This document shows, in pieces, positions 1 to 8,591 of a stretch of DNA of 36,057 bases. The DNA lies in the IMG/VR virus record IMGVR_UViG_3300017651_000186, positions 1-36,057 of that record, one strand, 5' to 3'. Numbering within the stretch: the first letter of the stretch is position 1; every line of letters starts with the position of its first letter. The DNA is from a virus. Taxonomy: Duplodnaviria; Caudoviricetes. The notes beneath the pieces are model-generated. The model was not told the DNA's origin. It worked only from the letters and a program-made list of their open reading frames with translations, and did no database searches. Both the position numbers and the translations under genes were made by a program.

Positions 1-393
1 TCATGGTGCGTCTCCTGCGTGAGCCCGAGCGTCTCGCTCGAGCGGGTGATCTCGGTACCAGTGACGCCCGGGGAGGAGCCCGAGTGCGCAGAGGACGAGG
101 TAGGCGGGGACGTAGAGCGGGCCGAGGACCATTGCCTGGCGCTGGTGACGCCTCTCGTGACCGAGGAGCGCCGGCGATGGTTCGCCCACGCAGATCGTGA
201 GGACGCCGATCGTGATCGCTGCCATCCCCCAGCGCCGGGACCACCAGGCCCAGACCCGAGACCGCTCCCCGTCGAAGAGGAGGATCCCCTCGGCGCGCCG
301 CCTCCGACAGCCGGTGAGCTGGGCGAGGAGGACGCCGGCGAGCGTCCAGGGCGATGCCCAGACGTGGCCGACGAGCTCAACGGTGACGCGCAT
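1..393 (-). CDS. Small membrane protein with HExxH (HERRH) zincin-like motif
   Basis: True start is probably ATG at 393 (TGATG overlap with the upstream stop), inside the 1..1071 ORF. Hydrophobic segments, 'LLGHERRHQRQ' and 'HPLERDA'. Confidence 0.65.
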   Translation of the reverse strand: MRVTVELVGHVWASPWTLAGVLLAQLTGCRRRRAEGILLFDGERSRVWAWWSRRWGMAAITIGVLTICVGEPSPALLGHERRHQRQAMVLGPLYVPAYLVLCALGLLPGRHWYRDHPLERDARAHAGDAP

Positions 394-893
394 CAGGCGG
401 CCGCCTCGTCCTCGAGAGGGAGGCGCCGGAAGCCGAGGAGGCCCTTCCGGTAGTGGTGGGTCTCGAACCTCCGGTGGGACGCCCCCGAGGCCCGCGCCTG
501 GGGGATCGACGTCGTCGCCGACCCTCCTCCCGACATGCCGGCGACGGCGAAGATCCCTGGCGTGGTCTCCTCGAGGACGATCATCACGTGGGTGGCCTTC
601 GCCGGCGTCCCGTAGAACACCAGATCCCCGGGGCGCGGGTCGTCCGTAGCCTCGAGGTCGCGCCACATCGAGTCCGCCGTCGCCCTCCCGCGGGGCAGCC
701 GTACTCCGACCTGGTCGCACCACCAGACGATGTGCCCGCTGCAGTCGTGCCCCTCGGCGGGGCGCCGGTGGCCGGCCCAGACGTAGAAGAGCACCGGGCC
801 CTGCCGCTCCCGGGTCTCGCGGACGAGGTCCTCCTGCCAGGCGACGAGCTCGGCGCGGCGCGTGGTGGGGGAGCACATCAGGGGATTGGCCAC
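393..893 (-). CDS. NlpC/P60 cysteine peptidase, probable endolysin
   Basis: YVWAG...DCSG, 'PRPGDLVFY' and 'THVMI' motifs. GTG start at 893 preceded by GAGGAGG. Distal end of the late operon. Confidence 0.8.
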   Translation of the reverse strand: MANPLMCSPTTRRAELVAWQEDLVRETRERQGPVLFYVWAGHRRPAEGHDCSGHIVWWCDQVGVRLPRGRATADSMWRDLEATDDPRPGDLVFYGTPAKATHVMIVLEETTPGIFAVAGMSGGGSATTSIPQARASGASHRRFETHHYRKGLLGFRRLPLEDEAAA

Positions 894-916
894 GGGACCT
901 CCTCGGGGGGATGGGG

Positions 917-944
917 TTGACGCCCGGCCGATCCGCTGTAGGGT
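917..944 (+). promoter_or_regulatory. Putative sigma70 promoter for the lipoprotein moron
   Basis: TTGACG-N16-TAGGGT, followed by GGAGG RBS and ATG at 962. Confidence 0.5.
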
Positions 945-961
945 CGTACTGGAGGTCAACG

Positions 962-1435
962 ATGATTCGTCTTGCCTTGCTGGTGGTGACGGTGGCTTTC
1001 GCCGCGTGCGGTGGGGACGACGGCTCTTCGTCGGGCGTCGACCCGACGTGCACCGACGTCGACACGCTCACCGGCCCGCGCGAATACTGCGCCGACGAGT
1101 TCGGCCGCTACCCAGACGCGCCGGACGGGTGCTTCCGGTTCACAGTCGATCCGGAGGTGAGCGAGGACACCGCGATCTTCTGCCCGCCGGCGGAGTGGGC
1201 CAGCGATTGGTTCACGTGGCGCACTGAAACGGTCTGCAACCGAGACGGGCGCGAGCGCTGGCAGATGGCGATTCGAGCTTCCGACGGCGGAGCGCGTCCC
1301 GGAGAGACCGTCAGGTCCTGCGGGATCGCTGCCGACTGCATGCGAGACGCCGTCCTTGGGAACGACGCGTGCTGTTCCGCGACGACGCCCGCGAGCTCGC
1401 CGCTCTATTGGAACTGCGACGGCAGCCCCATCTAG
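962..1435 (+). CDS. Cys-rich lipoprotein (moron)
   Basis: MIRLALLVVTVAFAA|CGGDD lipobox, 10 further Cys, GGAGG RBS, opposite strand to flanking genes. Confidence 0.8.
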   Translation: MIRLALLVVTVAFAACGGDDGSSSGVDPTCTDVDTLTGPREYCADEFGRYPDAPDGCFRFTVDPEVSEDTAIFCPPAEWASDWFTWRTETVCNRDGRERWQMAIRASDGGARPGETVRSCGIAADCMRDAVLGNDACCSATTPASSPLYWNCDGSPI

Positions 1436-3571
1436 TCAGTCCATCATCGCGTAGCCGGGATCGCCGCCAGGCAGAAGGCCATCCGGTCCGGCCACGCGGA
1501 TGTACTCGGGGCGGTAGTTCGGGCCCTTCGACTCGTGGGTGTGCATGACCAACCAGGCCGCGTCGATGAGCGGCACCGACGAAGGCGACGCTGGGATGTT
1601 GCTCTCGTTCGAATGCGGTTTGGGTGAGATGTCTGCTGTGGTGGCGTCGTGCACCTTGTCTATCCGGTAGCTCCGGCGATTCTCTGGGTCGGTAGCGCCG
1701 AACACCCACAGCGAACCACCGACCATCGATACATCGAACACCGCCTTGCTCGTTTTGGCAGTGCCTGCAGCGAGTAGCGTGAGGTCGATGCTGCTCGTCG
1801 ATGGGTCGTGCGCGATCCAATTGGCGATGTCGTCAAGCTTCCCAGGGCGCAGGTGTTCGACCGGCCCCAGGTCTTCGACCTGGAGCTCGACGCCCTGCTC
1901 CCCCGGGATCGCCCGCCGCCGCTCGAGCCGGCCGAGGCGGAACTCATAGCCTCCGGCCGCGCTACCCAGCGGGTGCGAGATCCGAACGAGCGAGCCCAGC
2001 GGGATCAGCCGAGTCTCGGGCCCAATGCCGGTGGCGACGAATCGCCGCGTCGGGAAAGCCCGCCTCGAGCCTGCGCCGGAGAGCGCATCGTCCGCGCGTC
2101 GAGGGTGCACCCAGGCGCCCGAGGTCCGCGCCTCCACCTCCTGCGCAAGCTGCGTGCGATGGAGCCCCGGGGCGCGTTCTTGGCGGTACTGCGCCGGCCA
2201 AAAATACTCCTGGTCGCTCGACCACTCGATCGTCACCCGGGAGGCCGCGGCGCCCCGCTCGCTCTCTCCGACAGGCAAGTACTCTCGCCACGTCCCTTCG
2301 GCGATGCTCGACAGCCGGATGTGTGTCAGTGGTCCGGTCTTGGCGAGCGCGTATTCGTCCGCGCTCCACGCACCGTGCGAGAGGATCTGGACGCGGTCGG
2401 CGACGTCGACCCAGATCGAATAGCCGGTCTGAGAGAGATGCTGGAGGAGCTCGGAGATCGAGGCGTCGCATCGGTAGATGCCACCGAACGCCGGGACGTC
2501 GAACGACTGCGCCGCGCGGTCGAACGCGGCGTGGTCGACGGCGGCGCTCCCGAGCTCGGAGTGGTCGACGATGAGTTGCCGAATGATGTTCGCCGGGTTC
2601 AGCCGACGCGTGCTCGGCATCCCGATCGCGGCCTGTTCACTCGGGATGACGTGGATCGCGTCGTCGAACGCCGCCTGCCAGCGAGGGAACTGCATCCCGA
2701 CGAGCCAGAGGTCACGGGTGCCGAGGTCGTCGCCGAAGTCGAGCCGAAGTCGAATCTTGAATAACCACGTCCCGCGCCCCTGGTGGATCAACAGCTCGTC
2801 GCTGAACGTCGCCCCCTTGAATCGCCAGTAAAGCGCGTCGCCGATGAACGGCTCGCTCGAGGACAGCCATCCGAGCGCAAGGATGGGCGTCCTCCCCTGC
2901 GGCGATGCTAGCGTCAGCGGGATCGGGCTCACACCGTACGCCCAGGGGATCACCTGGTCGTCGGCGTCGGTGGCAAAGGCGACGTCGCGAGCGAAGTCGT
3001 CAACGACGTAAGGCTCGAGCACCTGTGAGCCGCCAACGTAAAGCTCAATGCGCTCACCATCGTCGACAACCTGCGCATTCCGGATCATCTTCGCGGTGAC
3101 GACCCACTTCGTCTTGCCGAAGAAGAGCTCGTCTCGCGTCGCGAGCGGGAGTTGCACCGTGCCGCCCTGCTGCGACGGTTGGCCGTTTAGGCAGAGCGTC
3201 GGCGAGATCGCCTGCTCTGCGATCTGCCCAAGGGCCACGACGCCGAGGTACAGCTTGCCAGAGAGGTTCAGCCACGAATCGCCGGTGAACTCGGTTCGCA
3301 CGTCGGGGCCGCCGACCATGTATGCGTCGAGTGCGCGGTCAGCGTTGTGCAGCGTGATCGTCGTCGAGGCGCGCTCGGGAGCTGCGCCGAGCGCGGACGG
3401 GAGACCCTCGGACACGTCGGCCGGCATCGCCATGCGCCCGTCGATCAGGCCGCTCGGGTGCTGGACGTACCGCGTGCCCCACACGACCTTCGCGCCGGAC
3501 GCGAACTGCCCGCGGAACGCGTAGTAGGGCGTCGCGTCGGGCGCGCGAAGCAGGTCGTCGATCAGAGCCAT
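1436..3571 (-). CDS. Large tail-tip / baseplate hub-like protein
   Basis: 711 aa, last gene of the tail module. 'IPWAYG' and 'NPANIIRQLI' segments resemble tail hub proteins. Confidence 0.6.
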   Translation of the reverse strand: MALIDDLLRAPDATPYYAFRGQFASGAKVVWGTRYVQHPSGLIDGRMAMPADVSEGLPSALGAAPERASTTITLHNADRALDAYMVGGPDVRTEFTGDSWLNLSGKLYLGVVALGQIAEQAISPTLCLNGQPSQQGGTVQLPLATRDELFFGKTKWVVTAKMIRNAQVVDDGERIELYVGGSQVLEPYVVDDFARDVAFATDADDQVIPWAYGVSPIPLTLASPQGRTPILALGWLSSSEPFIGDALYWRFKGATFSDELLIHQGRGTWLFKIRLRLDFGDDLGTRDLWLVGMQFPRWQAAFDDAIHVIPSEQAAIGMPSTRRLNPANIIRQLIVDHSELGSAAVDHAAFDRAAQSFDVPAFGGIYRCDASISELLQHLSQTGYSIWVDVADRVQILSHGAWSADEYALAKTGPLTHIRLSSIAEGTWREYLPVGESERGAAASRVTIEWSSDQEYFWPAQYRQERAPGLHRTQLAQEVEARTSGAWVHPRRADDALSGAGSRRAFPTRRFVATGIGPETRLIPLGSLVRISHPLGSAAGGYEFRLGRLERRRAIPGEQGVELQVEDLGPVEHLRPGKLDDIANWIAHDPSTSSIDLTLLAAGTAKTSKAVFDVSMVGGSLWVFGATDPENRRSYRIDKVHDATTADISPKPHSNESNIPASPSSVPLIDAAWLVMHTHESKGPNYRPEYIRVAGPDGLLPGGDPGYAMMD

Positions 3572-4078
3572 CTAGAACACCTGGATGCAAACGAGGCGGG
3601 CGCCCTTGAGAATGTCGTTCGGGATCTCGAAGATGAACTCCGAGAGACCAGCCTGAAAGTCGATGCCAAACGAGAGGGCCGACTCTGCGGCAATCGCGGT
3701 GTCCATCTCGACGAACACGCGGCCTCGGTGCGCCGCCTTCGCGTTGAGACCCGCGACCTTCCCGACGATTCGCGCAGGGTTCCAGAACTCCCATCTCGCG
3801 TCGCCGTCCCACGCGCCGTAGCTCCAGACCGGCGGCGCGTCGGCCCACTTCTCAACGTCGTACTGCGTGACGACGCCAGCCGGCCGCGCGAACAAGCGTG
3901 ACGCGATCGGCTGCCCGACAGGCTGGTGTATGCCGCCATTCGGGTCGAAATGCCGATGCTGCTCGGAGAACATGGCGTAGGCGTCGCCGAGACGCTCGCC
4001 CAAACGATTCACGAGCTGCACCGGGAGCACATCGCCAGGACGAAGCCGGTGCGGCAGAGGTTTGAATGGCAGGCTCAT
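3572..4078 (-). CDS. Minor tail protein (EH..GxH paralogue 3)
   Basis: Coupled to neighbours; 'EQHRHFDPNGGIHQP' motif. Confidence 0.55.
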   Translation of the reverse strand: MSLPFKPLPHRLRPGDVLPVQLVNRLGERLGDAYAMFSEQHRHFDPNGGIHQPVGQPIASRLFARPAGVVTQYDVEKWADAPPVWSYGAWDGDARWEFWNPARIVGKVAGLNAKAAHRGRVFVEMDTAIAAESALSFGIDFQAGLSEFIFEIPNDILKGARLVCIQVF

Positions 4079-4551
4079 CGGTCGCCGAAGACCTCGAGCA
4101 AGAAACTGTAGTCCCTACGTACCCACGCCAACTCCTTGGTATCCCAGGAGCCGATTGCAATGCGCGTGTACCGGCGCGTCTTCGCCGCCGCGCCGACGTC
4201 GGCGCCGAAAACGTAGTCCGTCGTCGCGTAGCCTCGCGCGCCGGCGATCCAGTGGTCGCGGGTCCGCATGTCGAAATCGAGCTCCACCTCGATGGTCCCG
4301 GTGGACAGCCGGCTGACGCCGCCGATCCCGCGTTGCGCTCGGACGATGTACGCGGCGCCGGTCCACTCCACGATCGCGGCCGCCTGCGCGATCGGCTGCC
4401 CGTGGACACCCGCGAGGAGCGTGCCCAGGTGATGCTCGACGCCCATGACCCCGCGCATGTCGCGCGAGACGCGCGGGGCTTTGTTCGCGTCGGTCGGGGA
4501 CCACGGATCGCCCGCCGCCTTGACGATCCGCTCGAAGCGCAAATCAGGCAT
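4075..4551 (-). CDS. Minor tail protein (EH..GxH paralogue 2)
   Basis: ATGA overlap with the downstream gene; 'VEHHLGTLLAGVHGQP' motif. Confidence 0.55.
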   Translation of the reverse strand: MPDLRFERIVKAAGDPWSPTDANKAPRVSRDMRGVMGVEHHLGTLLAGVHGQPIAQAAAIVEWTGAAYIVRAQRGIGGVSRLSTGTIEVELDFDMRTRDHWIAGARGYATTDYVFGADVGAAAKTRRYTRIAIGSWDTKELAWVRRDYSFLLEVFGDR

Positions 4552-4554
4552 GGT

Positions 4555-5037
4555 TCAGTCCCACCAAAGGAGGAGCGCGAACGGCATCGGGTAATTCGCG
4601 AAGCCCGAGTCGGTGTTCTCGAATTTGATCTCGCAGCCATTGGGAACGAGCTTGCTCACCGTCGCGTTCGCCCAGTCGACGTGCCCCCAGTTGTGGAAGT
4701 AGGCCGCCGCCGCGTAGACGCCGAGCGAGGTTCCCCACGAGACCGTGGCGGTGCCGAAGCCGACGGTCGCCGAGACGCCTGCGGCGGTGGCCTTCTCCCC
4801 GTCGAACACAGAGCCCGCCTCGATTGCCCCGCCGGAGCCGACGCGGATCACCGCCTTGGGGACCTTCAATGTGTTGTGCTTGCCGCCGAGCGCGTGCTCC
4901 AGGCCGACGACATCGGCGAGCGAGCGCGTCCACAGGCACGCGGCGTTGATCCCGTGGAGGTCCGTATCAGCCGGCGCCTCGACGGCGATGATGTCTCTTG
5001 CGCCGTAGGACTCGAGCACTTCGTAGAGATCAGGCAC
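4555..5037 (-). CDS. Minor tail protein (EH..GxH paralogue 1)
   Basis: GTG start overlapping the upstream gene; 'LEHALGGKHNT' motif. Confidence 0.55.
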   Translation of the reverse strand: MPDLYEVLESYGARDIIAVEAPADTDLHGINAACLWTRSLADVVGLEHALGGKHNTLKVPKAVIRVGSGGAIEAGSVFDGEKATAAGVSATVGFGTATVSWGTSLGVYAAAAYFHNWGHVDWANATVSKLVPNGCEIKFENTDSGFANYPMPFALLLWWD

Positions 5038-5809
5038 CCAGCGCCCTCCCGCTCTCCGTGAAATCGAGCGTCAGGCCCATGTACTCGGGGAAGTCGATCT
5101 TGTGCGGCAGGGCCTTTCCGATCCGCCCGTGGTAGACGCCCGCCATGTCGGTGTGGTCGGGGATCAGGACGAGAGGGCGGCGGCTCCCGCGTACCGAGTC
5201 GAAGATGGCGCGCACGGCATCCCGCTCGGATTTCGTGAGCCGCCCAAACCCGAGCCTAAACTTCTCGACGTAGTCGGCGAGCTCGTGGGCGAAGACGCTG
5301 CGAGCCTCCGAGACGTTCTCCACCACGGAGTACTCGGGAGCGTCCTCGCGCTGCGCGTAGGACCGGGGCAGCGTCATGTGGGAGCCGACCCAGATGCGGC
5401 CCACAGAGCACTGCGCGGTGCCGGCGAACGAGATCCGAAACCGTAGTGCCTGCGCGCCGGAGAGCGTGCCCAGGAGCGCCGAGGCGTCGCCTCGTGAATT
5501 GAGTGACATCGACCCTTGCAGGAACGCCGACGAGATCGGCCAGCCGAATCCGCGGAAGATCTGGATCAGCGCCGGGCGCCTCGTCGGTGCCCCTCCGACT
5601 CCAAAGATCGCCGCGAGCGTCGGCGGGTTTCCGTTGTCGATCCGGACGTCGATGTCGTGGACCAACCCCGATGATTCCGACATCCATGATTCCGCGATTT
5701 CGCCTCGCGTGAGGTCGAGCGGATCGTACCCGACGGCAGTCCCCGTGCTCGGCACAGGTGCGGTCGGAGTGAAGTAGAACCGCTCGGCGGTGGAGATGAT
5801 CACGCTCAT
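5030..5809 (-). CDS. Distal-tail-like protein
   Basis: Directly after the tape measure gene (ATGA overlap), 259 aa, beta-rich. Confidence 0.55.
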   Translation of the reverse strand: MSVIISTAERFYFTPTAPVPSTGTAVGYDPLDLTRGEIAESWMSESSGLVHDIDVRIDNGNPPTLAAIFGVGGAPTRRPALIQIFRGFGWPISSAFLQGSMSLNSRGDASALLGTLSGAQALRFRISFAGTAQCSVGRIWVGSHMTLPRSYAQREDAPEYSVVENVSEARSVFAHELADYVEKFRLGFGRLTKSERDAVRAIFDSVRGSRRPLVLIPDHTDMAGVYHGRIGKALPHKIDFPEYMGLTLDFTESGRALGA

Positions 5810-7857
5810 GCGTGCCTCGGCTGCTGCATCCAGCGCATCGACGCCGCCTGCTCGAGCCCGCCCTGCCGGGAGTTGATTCGCTGCACCCGCGCGCCTTCCT
5901 GCCGTGAGAATGCCCCCATGGCGTCAACCGAATCCCATGCGCTGACGTAGTTGTTGACGACCGTCACCCCGCCGCCGCGGCCGCGCGACGGCAACCCCTT
6001 CCCGCCCGCCAGGCGCATCGCCTCCGGCATGCCGCCGAGGTCGTCGGCGATCACGTCTCGCGGGAGGACGACCTCCTGCTCATGCAGCCACGTTGGCTTG
6101 GCGTCGTTGTTCACGCCAGGCAGCACCGCGAGGCCACGCCTCCCCTGGGGGATCGCGTAGGAGAACGGCACGCCGCCGTCCTCGAAGAAGCCGCCGACGA
6201 GGCCCAGCCCGGCGCCGACGGGCGCCATTCCCGCCATCGCGAAAATGCCGGCCGCCGCCCCAAGGATCCCTTTGAAGAGGTCCCGGGGGTCGTTGCTCTC
6301 GTAGTACGCCTTGAATCCGTGCCCAAACGCCGCCGCCGCCTGCATTCCGGCGATGGCCATCTCGCCGTCCTTCTTCGACTGCTCTCTTGCGGCCTTCTCG
6401 ACGACGGCAGTCTTCTGTTTCTCGAGGTTCTCGATCGCCTGAAGGGCGGCCGGTGCGGAGGCCTCATCGGCGGCGAGCCGTCGCGCTTGCTTGAGCTTCT
6501 CCTCGATCGCCTCGAGCGCCACTTGCATCCGGCGGTCGATCGCGGCGAAGGGGTCTGCCTCCGCGAGTGCGTTGGCGAGGTCCGCCTGGCTCTGCTTGGC
6601 GAGGAGCGCCGCGCGTCGAGCGGCGTCCATCGCCCCTCGATCCATTTCCTCCTGGAGCCGCCTCTGCTCTTCGACCTGCTTCGCGATGTTGAGGCCGAAC
6701 GCCGACCCATCGTCCCCGGTGAGCTTCGCGGCATCGCGCGCGGCTTGCTCCGCGGCGAGCATCTTGGCACCCCGGAACTCGCCAAGCCTGCCGAATCCCT
6801 TCGGCCCGGCAGCCGCTCCCCGAACTCCCCCCTTCGCCCCGTCGGACGGGCGCCCGATCCCGGCAGTGGGGTCGCGAGGGTCGACCCGGTTCTGGCCCTC
6901 GACGTCGGCGATGGCCCGCGCCCGCTCGAGCTCGTACTCGGCGTCGCGGACGATCCTCTCGAGTTCGGCGCGCTTCTCCGTGTAGTCGCCGACTCGTTCG
7001 CGCAGCACCTTCAACTCGGCCGCGAGCGACTTGGCTTCGGCCTCGGTCTTGCCCTGGAAAGCGAGCGGACCGCCGATCTGATCGAGGCGGGCCTTGTCGG
7101 CGTCGAGGGCGGCGAGGTTTCCGGCCGCCTGGTCGAATCCGACTTGAGCCGAAACGACGTTCCTCTCTCCCTGGGTCGTGAGGCCGTAGAAGCGTTCCTG
7201 CATCTGCAGGTGCTTCGCGAGCTCGTCGTTGGCGTTGCGGACTTCGTCGGTGGTGGCACGCCAGGCCGCCACCTGCGCGATCTTGGCCTCCTCTGCTGCC
7301 TTCGACGTCTCGCGAATGTTCGAGGCGACGGTGGCGACCGCAGCGCCCGTCCCGGCAATCGCCAGCGCGACTAGGCCGCCCGAAGCGAAAGTGCTGGCCA
7401 GGCCGAGGCCGAGCTTCCCTACGCTCCCAACCGCGCTGCCGGCTTCGCCTCCCAGGCGGGCGATGAGGCTGGTCACGTCCTTCACGGGCTTTCGCAGCCC
7501 GAGGATCGCTTCCCCCTGCTTCTTCGACTCCCGCTCGAGGATTTCGGCCTGCTTCTTTGCCTCCTGCTCGATCAGCTCGGTCTTACGCTTCTCGTACCGA
7601 GCGATGATGTCGGCTTTGGCCTTTTCGACCTGGTCGACGACGTCCTTGCTTCGTGCGCCGGCGCGCTCGAGGGCGGCGAGCTGGCGCTGGAGCTGGAGCT
7701 CGGCCGCCTTCGCGGGGTCCCCGCGCGCGATGATCTTGGCGATCTCCTTCTGCGCCTTCTCGTGGGCGGCTGCCGCTCGGCGCAGCGCCTCCTCGTCCTC
7801 CGTAAGAACCTCGGGCAGGTTCGAGCTAGCCGTGATCGGAATACTGACGTTGGCCAC
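5806..7857 (-). CDS. Tail tape measure protein
   Basis: 683 aa, Ala/Glu/Lys coiled-coil with Gly/Ala hydrophobic stretches; follows the chaperone genes. Confidence 0.85.
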   Translation of the reverse strand: MANVSIPITASSNLPEVLTEDEEALRRAAAAHEKAQKEIAKIIARGDPAKAAELQLQRQLAALERAGARSKDVVDQVEKAKADIIARYEKRKTELIEQEAKKQAEILERESKKQGEAILGLRKPVKDVTSLIARLGGEAGSAVGSVGKLGLGLASTFASGGLVALAIAGTGAAVATVASNIRETSKAAEEAKIAQVAAWRATTDEVRNANDELAKHLQMQERFYGLTTQGERNVVSAQVGFDQAAGNLAALDADKARLDQIGGPLAFQGKTEAEAKSLAAELKVLRERVGDYTEKRAELERIVRDAEYELERARAIADVEGQNRVDPRDPTAGIGRPSDGAKGGVRGAAAGPKGFGRLGEFRGAKMLAAEQAARDAAKLTGDDGSAFGLNIAKQVEEQRRLQEEMDRGAMDAARRAALLAKQSQADLANALAEADPFAAIDRRMQVALEAIEEKLKQARRLAADEASAPAALQAIENLEKQKTAVVEKAAREQSKKDGEMAIAGMQAAAAFGHGFKAYYESNDPRDLFKGILGAAAGIFAMAGMAPVGAGLGLVGGFFEDGGVPFSYAIPQGRRGLAVLPGVNNDAKPTWLHEQEVVLPRDVIADDLGGMPEAMRLAGGKGLPSRGRGGGVTVVNNYVSAWDSVDAMGAFSRQEGARVQRINSRQGGLEQAASMRWMQQPRHA

Positions 7858-8212
7858 GGGTCACCTGGAGGACGGCGGATCGGATGTGGACGGACTCGCC
7901 CGACAGGACGTCGAGCGCGTGCATCAGAAGGGCGTCTTGCTCTTCGAGGCCGCCGGCGCGCGGGAGCACGCCAGGCCATGCCGTCATGCGGGCGTAGACG
8001 GGCGCAGCCTCGAGGAAGAGGGGCTGGAGGGCGTGGGCGGAGGGGCAGTCCTTCACCCGCACCCGCGGTCGCCCGGTGCCGTCTTCGCCGACTAGATGCT
8101 CGCCGGCGAAGAGTTCGACTCCGCATCGGCTGCAGCCGACGGGGGGAGAGAAGCGGCGGTCGTCGCGGTCGTCGTACCACCAGAGCCACCACGCCGCCGC
8201 TCGTAGTTTTTT
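7826..8212 (-). CDS. -1 frameshift extension of the tail assembly chaperone (gpGT-like)
   Basis: The -1 frame is open from the slippery site through LRAAAWWLWWY...CSRC... into the 7826..8062 ORF. Confidence 0.8.
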   Translation of the reverse strand, partial: KKLRAAAWWLWWYDDRDDRRFSPPVGCSRCGVELFAGEHLVGEDGTGRPRVRVKDCPSAHALQPLFLEAAPVYARMTAWPGVLPRAGGLEEQDALLMHALDVLSGESVHIRSAVLQVTRGQRQYSDHG

Positions 8213-8583
8213 GAGGCACGCTCCGAGAGAGAGTTCGCCGCGGAGACGGCGCCGATGAGCCCTGCGAACACGCCGCCGTCGAAGGGGTACTCCCTTGCGG
8301 CCAAGTCGAAGAGGGGCGCCAGGGAGGTCGCCGGCTCCCCATCGATGACGAGCTCGCCGACCGGGCCCTCGAGGATCCCCTCGAAGAGCGCCGCGATCGT
8401 CTCTGGGGCGACGCCGTCGCCCTGCAGCTCTGCGCGGATCGCAGCCGCCCGCTCCCGAAAGAGAGCGAAGTCTGCGCTCGAGAGGCGCTTCGCTTCGACG
8501 GCGAACGGGTCCGGTGAAGCGTGGTTGCCGAGGAGCTCCGGGTAGACCCGGAGCATGCGGTTCTTGAACGTGAGTTCTGCCAT
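8092..8583 (-). CDS. Tail assembly chaperone (gpG-like)
   Basis: Real start MAELTFKN at 8583 inside the long shadow ORF; lies between tail tube and TMP. Confidence 0.8.
   Translation of the reverse strand: MAELTFKNRMLRVYPELLGNHASPDPFAVEAKRLSSADFALFRERAAAIRAELQGDGVAPETIAALFEGILEGPVGELVIDGEPATSLAPLFDLAAREYPFDGGVFAGLIGAVSAANSLSERASKNYERRRGGSGGTTTATTAASLPPSAAADAESNSSPASI
8206..8212 (-). other. Programmed -1 ribosomal frameshift heptamer A AAA AAC
   Basis: TCA AAA AAC in the chaperone frame; X XXY YYZ pattern. Confidence 0.8.
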
Positions 8584-8591
8584 GACCTCTC

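Noticed and set aside
1-1000. Second att copy (tRNA-Val 3' duplicate)
   Set aside because: Not found by eye; the left prophage boundary is probably outside the window
1436-5809. DGR or invertase-type tail variation
   Set aside because: No reverse transcriptase, serine invertase or TR/VR duplicate seen
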